Source of the DNA: Eledone cirrhosa
Lineage: Eukaryota
Length of the DNA: 64,000 nucleotides
Assembly (NCBI GenBank): GCA_964016885.1
Contig: OZ024740.1
Location: 41,850,001-41,914,000 of the forward strand
Direction: 5' to 3'
Position numbers and translations under genes: made by a program. The notes beneath the pieces were generated by a model. That model saw nothing but the letters and a program-made list of their open reading frames with translations. It was not told where the DNA came from and did not search any database. This document shows, one piece after another, positions 1 to 12,929 of this stretch (positions within the stretch are counted from its first letter, which is position 1; every line of letters starts with the position of its first letter).

Positions 1-563
1 TATTTGATTATTCGATTATCAGTAGCTGTTCATATTTCTTCATTATATTATTAAATATAGTATATTTGATTTTCATGCTACGATGTTTACATTTAAATAC
101 AATTTGTTTTAGATAAGGTTATAAAATAGTACATGTTAGTATGTCTTCATTAATTTCACTGCAATTGTAGCCATTTTTATTTGAATTTTGGTATATATAC
201 CACTATGCACAATTTGTGATATACTTATACTTACATCTTATTGTATTCTTCATATAACATATCTTTTAAGTGTATATCTATATATATATATTTGAATTTG
301 TACCTATATGCATATCTCTATACATGTATGCGCATCTACCTACTACTTACCTATCCATCCAACCATACATACAAACACACACACATATACATATAAATAC
401 GAAAAGTAAATGAATAGACAACATAGGGAAAAGATACAGTACAATGAAGATATATTTAGTTTATCCTATATATGTGTATATGTACACACACACACACACA
501 CACACAAACATACACATACGCACATGAATATATATAGGCATAAATATATATATATATATATAT

Positions 564-740
564 ATAGGAAAAAGTATGACCCCGACGGCAGAGCTCAAGC
601 CGTTTCTGAAATAGCCGTCGAAACGGCTTGAGCTCTGCCGTCGGGGTCATACTTTTTCCTATTTCCCACTCTACTACCCTAAGTATTGAGTACTCTGGTG
701 CGTTATAGTCCATCTGGTTCCTTACCACAATTCCTTTGTT
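564..740 (+). mobile_element. Penelope-like element (pLTR) fragment: 43-bp inverted repeat plus 3' tail, with the 3' half of a hammerhead ribozyme
   Basis: Arms 564-606 and 620-662 are perfect reverse complements with a 13-nt loop. The right arm contains GAAACGGC..GCCGTC|GGGGT and continues as a ~80-nt tail homologous to 23263-23350. Flanked by (TA)n on both sides. Confidence 0.7.
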
Positions 741-772
741 ATATATATATGTATATATATATATATATATAT

Positions 773-938
773 TAGAAATTATAAATTATAAGCTTTCACC
801 GTATTTTAGACTAAAGAAACTTCTAGCTAGAAGTTTCTTTAGTCTAAAATACGGTGAAAGCTTATAATTTCTAATTTCTAATTTCAAGCTCGCGCACCGT
901 TTCAAAAACATACTTACATGTTTACGTTTATAATTTGC
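773..938 (+). mobile_element. Perfect 88-bp palindrome (783-870) with a one-sided tail; probable second Penelope-like fragment
   Basis: Palindrome centred at 826/827. Contains GGTGAAAGCTTA, resembling the minimal hammerhead stem III with a self-complementary AAGCTT. Embedded in (TA)n. Confidence 0.5.
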
Positions 939-1125
939 TTATATATATATATACAATATATTAACAAATGGAAACTATATTTATAAAACCATATTTATTT
1001 TATTATTTATTATACATATTTCAAGGGCAACCAAGGCAAATTATGGTGCGCTTTCATCAGATAAAATACAGATTTGTTTTATAAATAAATATTGACATAC
1101 CCGAAAAAAAGACAACCTTAACGGT

Positions 1126-3362
1126 TGAAGCTGTTCCCAGCAAGCATGCCTCTTGAAGCGTTCCAAAAAGCGGGGAGGGGCCAATTTTCTTTAACCATCC
1201 CTGGAAACTTTTTGAGATAGTACCTAGTGCGCCTATGACAATCGGGACCACTTTGACTTCATGGCAGTTCCAAATCCTTTTTACCTCCCACTTTAAGTTC
1301 TGGTATCGGTTAATTTTCTCCCTCTCCTTCTCTTGCACTCTCGTGACAAATGGGCAGGCTACATCCACAATTAGACACGATCTTTTTTCCTTGTCCAAAA
1401 CCACCAGGTCAGGTCTATTGTGTTCCAGTTTCTTGTCCGTCTGTATCCTAAAATCCCACAGCATATTCACCTGATCGTTTTCTATCACCGACTCTGGCTT
1501 ATGCTCATACCACTTCTCAGAATGCGGTAAATTGATTACTTTGCATAGATGCCAGTGGATCACCCTGCCATTCACATCATGTCTCCAGCCTTTATAGTGA
1601 GTCTGGGCTAGGTGTTTACACTTGGATACAATGTGAGCCACAGTCTCCTCTCTCTCCCCACAGATCCTGCACAGTGGGCTAGCCTCCTCCTTGTAAATAT
1701 GGTGTTTCAGCCACTTCGTTTTGAGGGCCTGCTCTTGCGCAGCCATTAGAATTCCTTCTGTAGCCTTTTTAAGGTCTCCTCTTTTCAACCAGTTTCATGT
1801 CTGTGGATCTCTGAATTCAGTTTTCTCAAAGAAGGTACTATGAAGGGATTTTTCATGAAGGCTGCTCTTTCTCCTCGTTGTTATTTCCTCCTTGGACATC
1901 CCCTGGTCTATAGTCCTCTCCTTCAGTACAATTCTGAGCATTGGCTCCTTACTATTAGTCACGTATTTGTGTAGGTTGTTTTTCTCCATCTGAACACATT
2001 CCTCTATGCTGATAAGACCTCTTCCACCTTCAGATATCCTTAAGTAGAGTCTATCGACATCACTCCTCTTGTGGAACATGTTGTAGATAGTCAATAGCTT
2101 CCTAGTCTTCCTATCCATTTCTTTTTGTTCAGCAACATTCCATCTCAGAATTCCCGCACTGTACCTAATAATAGACACAGCTCGGGAATTTACTGCACTT
2201 ATGGCATTCCTACTGTTCAGATGTGACTTTAATACGCTCCTTACTCTCCGAATGTATTCAGATATTATCAATTCCTTCATTTTTTTGTTCTTGATGTCAT
2301 CAGCCTCCAGAACACCCCAAAACCTGTATCCTTCTTCAGTGTCAATTTCGTTTATCATCTCACCTGTTGGTACCTGGATTCTGTTGCTTCTGCTCAATTT
2401 ACCCCTCTTCATCACAAGGACTCCACACTTACTAATACCAAATTGCATACATATATCATTGCTGAAAATACGGACAGTGTCAACAAGCACATCCAACTCC
2501 TTCTCACTCTTCCCGAAGAGCTTAAGATCGTCCATGAAGAGGAGGTGATTGATGGTAAGCCCTCCCTTTCCCAACTTGTATCCTGCTCTCACTTTTCGCA
2601 GTATAATGGTCAGGGGCATCAGGGCAAGGAAAACAACAGAGGGGACAGACTATCTCCCTGGAAGATACCTCTCTTGACCTTCACGCATCTCAAGGATTCT
2701 CCAGCTGATGTTAACTCTGTTTTCCAGGACTTCATACTTTTGCCCAACAACTGTCTGATGTTATCTGCCACCTTGAAGATCTCTAGGCTTTTGGTGATCC
2801 AAGAATGAGGCACCATGTCAAATGCCTTTTTGTAGTCTATCCATCCCATGGCAAGACCAGTGTGTCTCCTCTTGCAATTCCTCATTACCATCTTATCAAT
2901 AAGTAACTGGTCCTTTGTACCACGGGACTTCTTTCGGCATCCTTTCTGTTCGTCCGGTAACAAGTTGTTTGTGTGGAGGTGATGGTAGATTTCCTCAGAC
3001 ATAATGCTTGTCAACAGTTTCCACATTACGGACAGAATGTGATAGGTCTTGATTCGGTCTTTCATTACCAGAACTGTGGTAACTTTTGTCAACCACTCTT
3101 GTACCTCACGTGACATCAAGCAGTCATTGAACATGGTTGTCAGTTTCTAGTGGAGGGATGTTATATTTTTCAAATCAGTTTGTTGGTGTGCCTGTTCACT
3201 AATCTCTTTTTTTTTACTGTCTCAATCCACACTGCCTGGTCATTATGTTTAACATCCTGCTCCCATATTCCTCTCCAGAATGTCTTAGTTTGTTCCGCCT
3301 CAGGGATCAAGTCGTTGCCTCTTTCTTTCCCTTCAAGCTGTCCAAACAGCATCTTCTGGTTG
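1126..3362 (-). mobile_element. R4/Dong-clade RLE non-LTR retrotransposon, family A; 5'-truncated and frameshifted
   Basis: ORFs 3170-3352, 2619-3134, 1795-2619 and 1057-1788 give RT motifs (EQKGC, WIDYKKAFD, QGDSLSP, FMDD), the CCHC knuckle CRIC..ETVAHIVSKC, RHD, and RLE RPDLVVLD..IVDVACP..K..Y. Confidence 0.93.
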
Positions 3363-3367
3363 TTGTC

Positions 3368-3385
3368 ATTATTATTATTATTATT
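3368..3385. repeat. (ATT)6 microsatellite at the R4-A / Tx1-A junction
   Basis: Directly visible. Confidence 0.95.
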
Positions 3386-3592
3386 GGTCTAAGCGGAGGT
3401 ATTTTGCTCGCTCACAGTAAGTCGCTTTATTTGCCTGTTAAAATTATTTGTTGTGAAATATTTCTTGTTGTGTAAGGGATATAAGCCCTTAGACTTTGCC
3501 CCGTGAAGGGGAAAGTATAATATTTGGGCCTTTTGGCCCAAATATTTGAACTTTTTTTTTTACATGTTAAAAAATTTACGAAGAAAAAAAAC

Positions 3593-5544
3593 ATGGCTGA
3601 GCCACGCCCCCCAACGATATGTCGGCTGTCATGCGACAACGACGTAGAAGTTGAGAGGAGCGCTACAGCGAAATTAACACACATTGATAACACAAACAAC
3701 ACCACAAACAAGGTAAACAAAGACACCAATGGTACCAATAAGAACACTAATTTTGAAAAAAAAAATGACAGTAACAGCGACAACGAAAATACAGATAACA
3801 AAAATAAAATAACAAATACAACAACAATATCAACACCACAAAACATGAAAACAAATAGCGACAACATCAACAGCAACAATACCAACTGCACCGATAACAA
3901 TGGTGGCAACAAAGACAACAATCATAACAGCGACAGTGCTAACAACAACACCAACAAGAACAACGACAACAAAACCCCCAACGAAAACATGAAGAACACT
4001 TTCGCTGCTTCAACATGGACCTCTCAAACAAAGATGAAAAGTTGGCCCAGGCATGGAAGCTCATCAAGCAAGAGCAAACTTGGGCCAACTTAACTGTCCC
4101 GGTAGAAGCTATTGAGGCAGTGGAGCGCAAAACGGTGCATTATAGATGCATCTCAGCACAAACCAAAAGGGCAGCTTTAATCCCACAAGAAGATGTCGAA
4201 GTCGCGCTGAGGTGCATCAGAGAAGACACCCAGTACATAGAGAGGGGCAGACAGTACGGCACCATTTCGGTGTTGTTCAAGTCAGAAGCCCTCGCTATGA
4301 AACACGCTATGACTCCTTGCAAAACCAGCAAGGTCATAATGTACCCCTCCCACATGGGAAAAAGAACGGCCTGTCTCCGCATTCCCAGAATCCCACCAGG
4401 ATTTGACATTGGTGGCTTCTGGGATGTGTGATTGTGGAGGAGACGGATACAGTCCCTATAGAAGTGACCAGAACGGCCAGAGAGGACTGGTCCGGAGTTG
4501 ACCTGGAGATCCTTCTCCATTCAGGCCCGAGAATGTGAAGACAATCCCGGACCACATCCACCTTCAGAATGGGACGGTCATTCACATTATGACCGAAGGC
4601 AAAAGGCCGCAGTGTTTTGTTTGTGGGGAAAAAACCCCATTTGCGAGCCTTCTGCCCTCAACTGCTGAAAGAGGCAAGGGGTCGAAAGGCTCTACTGCTG
4701 CCAACGCCGGGGCGAGGACCACAATCAACACCAGCACCGGCAAAACCACCAACAACACCAATAGAAAGACCACCACCAATATTGACCACCCAGGGGGGAC
4801 ACGAGGAAAGCTGTCAAATTCCCCCCCCCCCCAAATACACACACCAATAAAACCATAAACATACATACAGACACACTTACAGACAAGGACCCCTCATCTA
4901 CCATTAGTGAAAATGAGGGAAATCCCAAATCCCCCAAAATACAAAAAAGGAAACACAAAAAGAAAAAAAAAACTCAACAAAGCACAAAAGCACCCACAAT
5001 AAAAAACGCAGACACCACCCACGCAAACATCTCTCCAATAACACCAACATCAACACCACCATCACCATCACCAGAATCCCCCAAACGCAAACAACCGAAA
5101 CAGACGCAAGAACAAATATACACACAAACATCTGAAACCACAGACACCGCACTCACAACAAACACAGACACAACCGAAACAACGCCACCAAAACCATCAC
5201 CACCACAGCCACGCAAACAAATAACATCACACCAACAAAATATACAAAACTTCGTGCTCGTCAGGAGGGCCATCAAGGAACTGATGGCCCTCGTAGCACG
5301 AAGTGAAAATATACAAAAAGAAGGGGACATTTTAAAATCAAGCATATTTCGCGTGCCGGAAGATTTGGTTCTGGTGCGAATGTCGCTCGACATATTCAAA
5401 GAAATACGAGACAGCTTTCCTCGGGACGTGGGAACCCCGAACATAAAACCCACTTCAAGTCTTTTAAAGGGGTTCCTAAAAGAAACCCCACCAACTATGG
5501 AGGTCGAACAACCCGACCTTCACAAGAGCCCGGAAGGTAAGTAA
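3593..5544 (+). pseudogene. Tx1-A ORF1 (gag-like, CCHC zinc knuckle), multiple frameshifts
   Basis: Pieces 3524-4093, 4015-4431, 4535/4617-4850 and 5254-5544 are collinear with ORF1 at 35898-37677. Confidence 0.85.
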
Positions 5545-5575
5545 ACCTTCCTCTCTCTCTGTTTAACCTGCCAAC

Positions 5576-7851
5576 ATGGCCATATTAAGAGTAGGATGTT
5601 TAAATATTCGAGGTCTGGGATCGTCCTGGAAGCAGGGTCACCTGCTCAACGACCTCAGGTCTATAGAAATGGATGTAATTGCAGTCAGCGAGACCAGGAT
5701 TTCCGACACGCGCGCACTAGCCCCCATTTTTGACGACTATCAGATCTTTGCATGTTAGCCGGCCGGGACTGGGAGGCAGTGTGGCAGTGCTGTTTAGGAA
5801 AGGCCTGGATCTCGAGGACCCGGACGGGAAGTTGGTGGTCCTGGACGTGAACAATAATGAAGGTGGTGCCTTTAGACTGGTGGCCGTCTATGCTCCTACT
5901 GGGGCAGGACGGCCGGACTTCTTTAGACGCCTGGAATCCTTTCTGGGTACGTCTCGCTCTTTACTGTTAGCGGGGGACTGGAACGGCATCTTAGACGCAC
6001 GCTGGGACTGTTGGGAGTATCCGTTAGGATCGGGGCTGCAAAAGCCTCAAGAACTTGATCAGCCAGTTCCAACTGTCTGACAGGTACCGACTAGATTTCC
6101 CTAATGCGCCAGTGTGGACCTGGGCTAACCGCATAGGGTCATCTAGATCTTATATAGACAGGATATTCATTAGGAAAATAGACAGAAATAGTGTAAGCTG
6201 TCCACGTTTTGAAACGGTCGCCTATTCAGATCACAAGTTTGTGATCTGTATGGTCGACCTAGATAAGACGCGTAGGTTAGGACCTGGTTACTGGAAGCTA
6301 AAGATGTCATTTCCGGCACGTAAGGCTTACAGGGAACAGGTCAACAATTTAGTTAAGAAAAAGTTGACAGGGGGAATCGTCAACAATAGATGGTGGGGGG
6401 CTCTCAAAAGAGAGATTAGAGTAATGTCGATAGAGTTTAGCAAAGAAGTAGCTTTAAAGAAAATTAGAAAGGAGGGGGAGTTGGTCGATAAGTTAGACGA
6501 GGCTATTGGTAGTGGCATTGCAACTGACGTGCTAGCGGCGAGAATGGCATTAGACTATTTCTTCAATGCGAAACACGAAGGTTGCATAGTCAGGGCTAAG
6601 GCGCGTGCTCTGAGAAATAAGGGAACCAAAGCTGCTCGATGGGCCCGCGTGGCAGAGGCGCAGCGTGGTAATAAAACCATTATTCGGTCTTTGACGAACC
6701 TAGACGGGCACGAGCTGAGCGATTCCAAGATTATGTGTGAGGCCTTTCGCCAACATTTTGCTCGGTTGTTCGGGGGAAGTGGCGGGTCAGAGATGGTGGC
6801 GGACTTCAGTCCCTACCTCGATGGCTTGCCGCAACTCTTGACGACTGACGCTGGGCGCTGCGGAAGGCCAATTACTTCAGCCGAGATTCAGGATGTCCTT
6901 GTCGGCTGCATGAGGCGCAAGTCACCCGGTTTGGATGGTCTGCCCTACGAGCTTTACGTAAATATGCCAGACTTGTTCTCCAATTTCTTCGAAGCCCTCT
7001 ACTGCAACTGGTAGCAAAACGGGAGTATTCCCAGTTCTGTGAGCCGGGGCGTAGTGACGCTGATAAAGAAAGATGAGAATAAGAGGGACACATCAGACAA
7101 TTTCAGGCCCATAACTCTGCTCAACATCGAGTTTAAGATTTTGGCCAGGGTGTTAGCGAAGAGGTTGGCGCTTGTCATCGGGGATTTGGTTGGGGAGGCG
7201 CAAACTTGCGAGTTCTATAGAGGATTAGTGGTGGGCAAGTGCGAAGACGAACTCGGAGAGGCTCTGGGAGTCAACGAAGTCGAACTAACCAGTTTGTACC
7301 GGAGGACTTTCGAGCCGGGGACGATGGAAAATTTCCACAAATCCCTCGCTTGGCAGTGCTACCGGGGGGCACTGCCGGTTCGAGATAAACTCTACAGGCA
7401 CGGAAGTGCTGTCAGACGGACCTGCCCGAGATGCGCGCAGAGCGACGAAACCGTTCTGCACGCACTCGTCCAGTGTCCGTGCATTACTGACTTGTGGAGT
7501 TATGTTGAACAGCTGTTGTCGCGTGTAGAAAGGATCCGGCTATCGGCCGAGTCCATAGTGAAGATCGACCCGCCGCCTTCTTTTGGCAAGGAAGGGCAGG
7601 CAATTTTCCTCTATCTGGTGGCAGTAGCGAAAGAGGTTGTATGGTGGACGAGGTTGAAAGGACTGAAGACAGACACTTTTCTCTTCGGCCAATCCCTCAT
7701 CAACCTTTTCAAGTTTCACTTGGAAAGGAAGGTGAGGGTGGAGAGAGAAGTGCTGCCCCCCCCCCCCCCCCCCAGTACATTTGCTGAAAGGTGGGTGAAT
7801 GTGGCGAGAATGGCCCGTGTGAGTGGGTCTACTCTGGTCATGCGGCTGTAG
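5576..7851 (+). pseudogene. Tx1-A ORF2 (APE endonuclease plus deleted RT)
   Basis: Pieces 5576-5758, 5730-6080, 6055-7014 and 7039-7851 align to ORF2 at 37702-41139. Confidence 0.9.
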
Positions 7852-8138
7852 GTAGGTAAATTTGAAGAAGAGAGGGGTGCCCTTCCAGGGTGCTCTCGAA
7901 GCGTCGGGTCGTTCAGGACTGTGGGGTACCTGAGCGAACCCTAGGTGGTCATGCCCCCTATTGGGGAATTTTTTCTTGTAATTTTCTTGTTACTTTATTG
8001 TTACTTTGTTATTGTTACTTTGTTATTGTTATTCATATTGTTTACTCGATTTTTCTGTAAAACCCACTGTCCCAGTCTTTTGTATTGTCCCCTATATGTC
8101 GGCCCTTGTGGCCAATAAATGAAATCATTATTATTATT

Positions 8139-8350
8139 GGTGGTCAGGGTCACTGCGGCCTTTTAATGGGCTTTATCCACAAATGTCCCTCCGAAGTCTC
8201 CCCTCTATTGGGGAATTTTTCATTGTTATTTTTTGTTACATCCTCTGTTTTTGTTTTTTACACGCAGAAATGCCCATTTGTACCGTCCTGCATTGTCCTG
8301 CACTGTCCTTAATGTCTACTTTATGTAAACCCTTGTGGTTAATAAAGAAA

Positions 8351-8352
<2 letters not shown>
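8139..8352 (+). mobile_element. Tx1-family 3' UTR fragment between two (ATT)n tracts
   Basis: Shares CTATTGGGGAATTTTT and CCCTTGTGG..AATAAA.GAAATC(ATT)n with 7957-8138. Confidence 0.8.
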
Positions 8353-8382
<30 letters not shown>

Positions 8383-8735
8383 TGCATTTATCTTGCTTTA
8401 TGTTTATACGAGTTATCACCAAGTCACAACCAGTGACCTCAAGAGACAACAAGGTCCGCCATGTTCAAGAAAGAACATACATATTCACACATGCATCCTT
8501 AGTGTTTAGACTTGTGATGTACTTATATTGACAGGATCTTCCTTAGTATATGGGCAGTTCCCATTAGTACTATCTTTTGTATTTCTGCTATACGCGGGTT
8601 TCCTGGGATTTGCGATAAGTAGTCGTTAGACCCCTTAGGTATCATTCCCAGAGCGCCTACAACCACTGGTATTGTTTTAGTTCTCAATTTCCACATTTTT
8701 CCAATTTCTATCTCCAGGTCCTTATACTTGCTCAA
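8383..8735 (-). mobile_element. Dong/R4 family B 3' fragment with (TAA)n tail (8353-8382)
   Basis: Nearly identical to 18117-18468 (SKYKDLEIEIGKMWKLRTKTIPVVVGALG plus 3' UTR). Confidence 0.95.
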
Positions 8736-8748
8736 TTTTTTATTTTTA

Positions 8749-8780
<32 letters not shown>

Positions 8781-8819
8781 GTTACTATTATTATTACTTT
8801 TTTTTCTTTTCCCAATTCA

Positions 8820-11648
8820 ATGATGTTCCAAAACAATATAAAAGAGATAATTGGCAATAAGGGCATGGACCCCAGGTTATCACAGCCTGGGCCCGCTCGT
8901 CATTGTGCCACTGTAATAGAGCCAAACAAGGCATTTAGTCTTGGCTGCTGGAACGTACGGACGCTGCTTGACAGGGATTCCTTGGAACGTCCTGAACGAA
9001 GGACCGCTCTTGTTGCAAAGGAGTTTCGACGTTACGATCTTGACATCGTAGCTTTATCTGAGACGAGGTTAGCTGGAGATGGTCATCTTACAGAATTTTA
9101 TGGAGAATATACATTCTTTTGGAAAGGAAGAGATGAAGGAACCAGAAGAGAGGCTGGGGTAGTATTTGCTGTTAAGACTGTTCTTGTGAATAAATTAGAA
9201 GAATTCCCAGTAGGAATTAGTGAGCATCTTATCTCCATGAGAATTACGCCGGACAAAGGAAAATATGCGACCCCGGTGAGTGTGTATGCTCCAACTATGA
9301 ATTCTGTTGATGAAGAAAAAGTGTCCTTTTACCATGCCTTGAAAGGTGTTTTAAGAAATATCCCTCAGGCAGACAAAGTCATCGTGCTTGGTGACTTTAA
9401 TGCTAGAGTGGGTAGGGATTTTAACACATGGAATGTAATCGGAAGGCATGGGGTGGGAAAGTGTAACAACAATGGTATGCTCCTGCTGCAAATGTGCGAG
9501 GAGCAGGATCTGTGTGTTACCAACACCATGTTCCAACAAAAGAACAAATTTAAGACTACATGGATGCATCCTGCATCTAAGGAATGGCATCTTTTGGACT
9601 ACGTCCTAGTCAGGATGCGTGACAGATGGGATGTGCAGTGTGTTCGTGCTCTTCGTGGAGCTGAGTGCTGGACGGACCACCGCCTGGTACGCGCAAAAGT
9701 GAAACTAATCACTAAACGTAAAATCCGGGCTTCTGGTGTTGCCCTGCCCAGAAGATTGAATGCTGCTCGTCTTAGGGATAAAAGTGAGAAAAGATGCAGG
9801 ATGCAGATCTTGGTGAGGATTGGCCGACCCTTAAAAAGTCGGTTTATGATGTAGGCAGGCGTGTTCTGGGATTGGTGCAGAGAAAACATCAGGACTGGTT
9901 TAATGAGAATGATGAACATATAGAAGACCTGTTGGCTGATAAGAGGCGTGCTCTGTCACGTTACTTGACGGCAAAACCACAGGAGAAGAATATGTTGCAT
10001 AAGGAACTTAAGGATGTGAAATCACGTGTTAGGCGGAGTCTTTCTCAGATGAAGGATCAGTGGTGGAGGGAGAAGGGTAATGAGATACAAACTGCATCAG
10101 ATTCCAATAATACAAAGCTATTGTACAGTCTCTTGCGTGAAGTTTATGGACCGTCTTCTTCTCTGGTGACACCGCTTCGCAGCAAGGATGGCAAAGAACT
10201 TCTTCGTGACTCACAAGGAATTCTACGAAGGTGGCGAGAGCACTTTCTTGAGCTTTTGAATCAGCCGTCTGTCGTCAATGAAGATTTCCTCAATCTCATT
10301 CCAGAAAGTCCTGTGAAAGTAGCTCTCGCAGAATCTCCGACGCTTGTGGAGGTTGTAGTGGCTATCTCGAAGCTGAACAGTGGAAGGTCTCCATGTATGG
10401 ATGGCATACATGCAGAGCTCCTACAATATGGTGGTGAGAGACTTCTGCAACGTCTTCACTCTTTGTTTGGAAGGATATGGGCTAGTGAATCCGTACCTGA
10501 GGACTGGATAGATGCAGTAATGGTGGTCTTGCACAAGGGAAAGGGTAACAGGAATGATTGTGGGAACTACAGAGGTATATCATTGCTTTGTGTCGTAGGG
10601 AAAGTTTTATGTAGGGTGCTTCTGGGCAGTCTGCTGACACATTGCAGATTGTGTTCTTCCTAAAAGTCAATCTGGTTTTGGTGCTGGACGCGGCACTACT
10701 GATATGATCCTCTCAGCTAGACAGCTCCAGGAGAAGTGCATGGAACAAGGTTTGGATCTGTATCAGGTTTTTGTCGATCTGACAAAAGCTTTCGATACTG
10801 TTAACAGAAATGCATTATGGAAGGTTCTCCAAAAACTTGGTTGCCCTGATAAGTTCCTTGCTTTAGTTAGGTCTCTCCATGACGACATGAATACTTGGGT
10901 TAATGTCAGAGGTAACATGTTGGAGCATATCTCAGTAAAAAATGGAGTGAAACAGGGGGATATTCCAGCATCGACCCTGGTAGCTATATACTTTGCAATG
11001 GTTTTCTATATTGCATTCAGGAATTGCGAGCATGGTGTTACATCCAATATCGAACCTCAGGCGGCATATTTAACATCAGGCGCTTTGCTGCGAAAACAAA
11101 AGTATTTACATCAATCATAAGAGACCTCTTGTATGCAGATGATTGCGATCTTGTAACGCACACAGAGAGTGATATGCAGCACATTTTGAATGCATTTTCT
11201 GATGCTTGCACCGCCCTAGGATTGACTGTCAGTCTCAAGAAAACCGTCGTCATGTACCAACCTGCCCCTGGTAGGCAGTACAGTGAACCAAATATCTATG
11301 TGTATGGTAAACGACTTGGAGTGGTTGATCAGTTTGTCTACCTGGGAAGCACTGTCAATCGATATAGCAACCTTGATAATGAAATCCCACTCAGGATTAG
11401 GAAAGCAAGTGACCACATTAAGCAATTGGAGCGTTTCCATCAGATGTGTCTCAGACGGATCCATGGCGTTCACTGGAGGGACCACATCAGTGATGTCGAG
11501 ATTTTGGAAATCTCTATGTGTGACAGTATAGAAGCTCTTGTGCTTAAGCAATGACTCCGTTGGAGTGGTCACCTTGCCAGGATGAAGGATTCTAGAATAC
11601 CAAAACAACTCTTTTATGGAGAGTTGGTTAAAGGAAAACGACCGCCAT
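8820..11648 (+). mobile_element. RTE-clade (BovB-like) LINE, APE-RT; frameshifted and 3'-truncated
   Basis: WNVRTLLD..RPERRTALVA..LSETR, SVYAPT, GDFNARVG, TDH. RT motifs NYRGISLL, FVDLTKAFDTV, GVKQG, LYADD and YLGS across ORFs 8820-9854, 9794-10663, 10704-11120 and 11024-11554. Confidence 0.93.
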
Positions 11649-11949
11649 TATATATTCAATGATTTATTCGTTATCATATTTATTACCGATTTCTTGTATA
11701 TTATCGAGTCTTATTATTGTTATACTTATTTATGGTCGATAAAATAAAGTACCAGTAATGCACTGGGTAATTGCTGGCCTTGTGCCTAAAGTAGAAACAA
11801 TTATTGTTATACTTATTTATTATATCTTTTTTATTTAAATATTTGTTGTTGAATATCTTGGGTAATTTTCGTCTGTCTACAAATTGGTTGTTTAAAACCA
11901 TATTATACGTAATTATCTTAAGGTTTTATCCTATTATATTTTAGTAAGT

Positions 11950-12135
11950 GGATTGTCAGTATTGGTAGAGGGCCGGACGCCATGCTTTGCAGCAAAGAGT
12001 TACGGTCCTTTATGATATGAGTTCAAATCCCGCCGAGGTTAACTTTGCCTTTCATCCTTACAGGGTCGATAAATTAAAGTACCAGTAATACACTGATTTA
12101 ATTACTGGCCTTGTGCCAAAAGTAGAAACAATTAT
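11950..12135 (+). mobile_element. tRNA-derived SINE (octopus OK/OR-like family)
   Basis: B-box-like GAGTTCAAATCC followed by CGAGGTTAACTTTGCCTTTCATCC..GGGTCGATAAA..GTACCAGT..GGCCTTGTGCC..GTAGAAACAATT. More than ten copies in the window; a 3' fragment also lies at ~11733-11805. Confidence 0.85.
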
Positions 12136-12146
12136 ATTTTAGTAAA

Positions 12147-12265
12147 GGCTTGTGGCTGCGTGGTTAGAGAATTGTATTCGCAATCGTGAGGTTTTGAGTT
12201 CGATTCCTGGACCAGGCCATGCGTTATGTCCTTGAGCAAGACACTTTATTTCACGTTGCTCCTTC
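12147..12265 (+). mobile_element. tRNA-derived CORE-type SINE (OR2-like)
   Basis: A box (GCGTGGTTAG), B box (GAGTTCGATTCC) and CORE-like TGTCCTTGAGCAAGACACTTTA. Related copies at 46508-46630 and 48000-48285(-). Confidence 0.75.
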
Positions 12266-12502
12266 TACCAGGAGTATTAGCAATTGGAAAGACCAATGGA
12301 AACATTGTTTCCTCGGTTCGATTTGACGAAAGTCGATCGTCTGTCGATATTTTAAACGAGTTTCGCTCTTGCTACTATTTTATTATATTTCATACATACA
12401 CACATATACACACATATACACACATATGCACACATATACACACATACACACACATACATACACACATATACACGTACAGAGAGGCGGATGAGGGTAGGAC
12501 AG

Positions 12503-12800
12503 AGTAGGAGAGGAAGAGAGAGAGAGTAGGAGAGAGACTAAGAGAGAGAGTAGGAGAGAGAAAGAGTAAAAGAGAGAGAGTAAGAGAGAGAAAGTAGGGA
12601 AGAGAGAGAGAGAGAGAGTAGGAAAGAGAGAGTAGGAGAGAGAGAATAGGAGAAATAGAGAGTAGGAGAGAGAGTAGGAGAAAGAGAGAATAAGAGAGAG
12701 AGTAAGAGAGAGAGAGTAGGAGAGAGAGAGTAGGGAGAGAGTAAGAGAGAGAGAGAGAGAGAGAGTAGGAGAGAGAGAGAGTAACAGAGAGGGAGAGAGA
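12503..12800. repeat. Purine-rich (GA)n/GAGTAG compound microsatellite
   Basis: Directly visible. Confidence 0.95.
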
Positions 12801-12929
12801 GAATGATAGTTGTCATTGCAAGAGGAGTAAACTTTATGCAGTTTCTCAGAGAAGCACAATTTGCAATGAAGATTTGGTCCTGGAGTGTCCAGATGAAACT
12901 GGACAATGTGGTAAAGTGTTTCATATTCC

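Larger units (their letters stand above)
3386..8126 (+). mobile_element. Tx1 (L1-clade) non-LTR retrotransposon, family A; near full-length but decayed, RT core deleted
   Basis: ORF1 remnants from ATG 3593 (Asn-rich N-terminus, knuckle CFVCGxKxHLRAFCP) to stop 5544. ORF2 from ATG 5576 (APE: LNIRGL, GDWN, SDH). In-frame jump GEAQTC|EFYRGL near 7209 removes the RT core. C-terminal CPRC..HALVQC. AATAAA followed by (ATT)n. Confidence 0.93.

Noticed and set aside
1040-1062. CTGATGAAAGCGC on the minus strand as a hammerhead
   Set aside because: Stem II is missing. It may be a deleted remnant but cannot be supported.
3427-3921. Hydrophobic membrane-protein-like ORFs (also 4904-5453, 35949-36330, 37040-37436)
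   Set aside because: These are antisense readings of A/C-skewed Tx1 ORF1 sequence.
12147-12215. Possible tRNA genes (also the heads of other SINEs)
   Set aside because: A and B boxes are present but I could not form a cloverleaf, and each continues into a SINE body.
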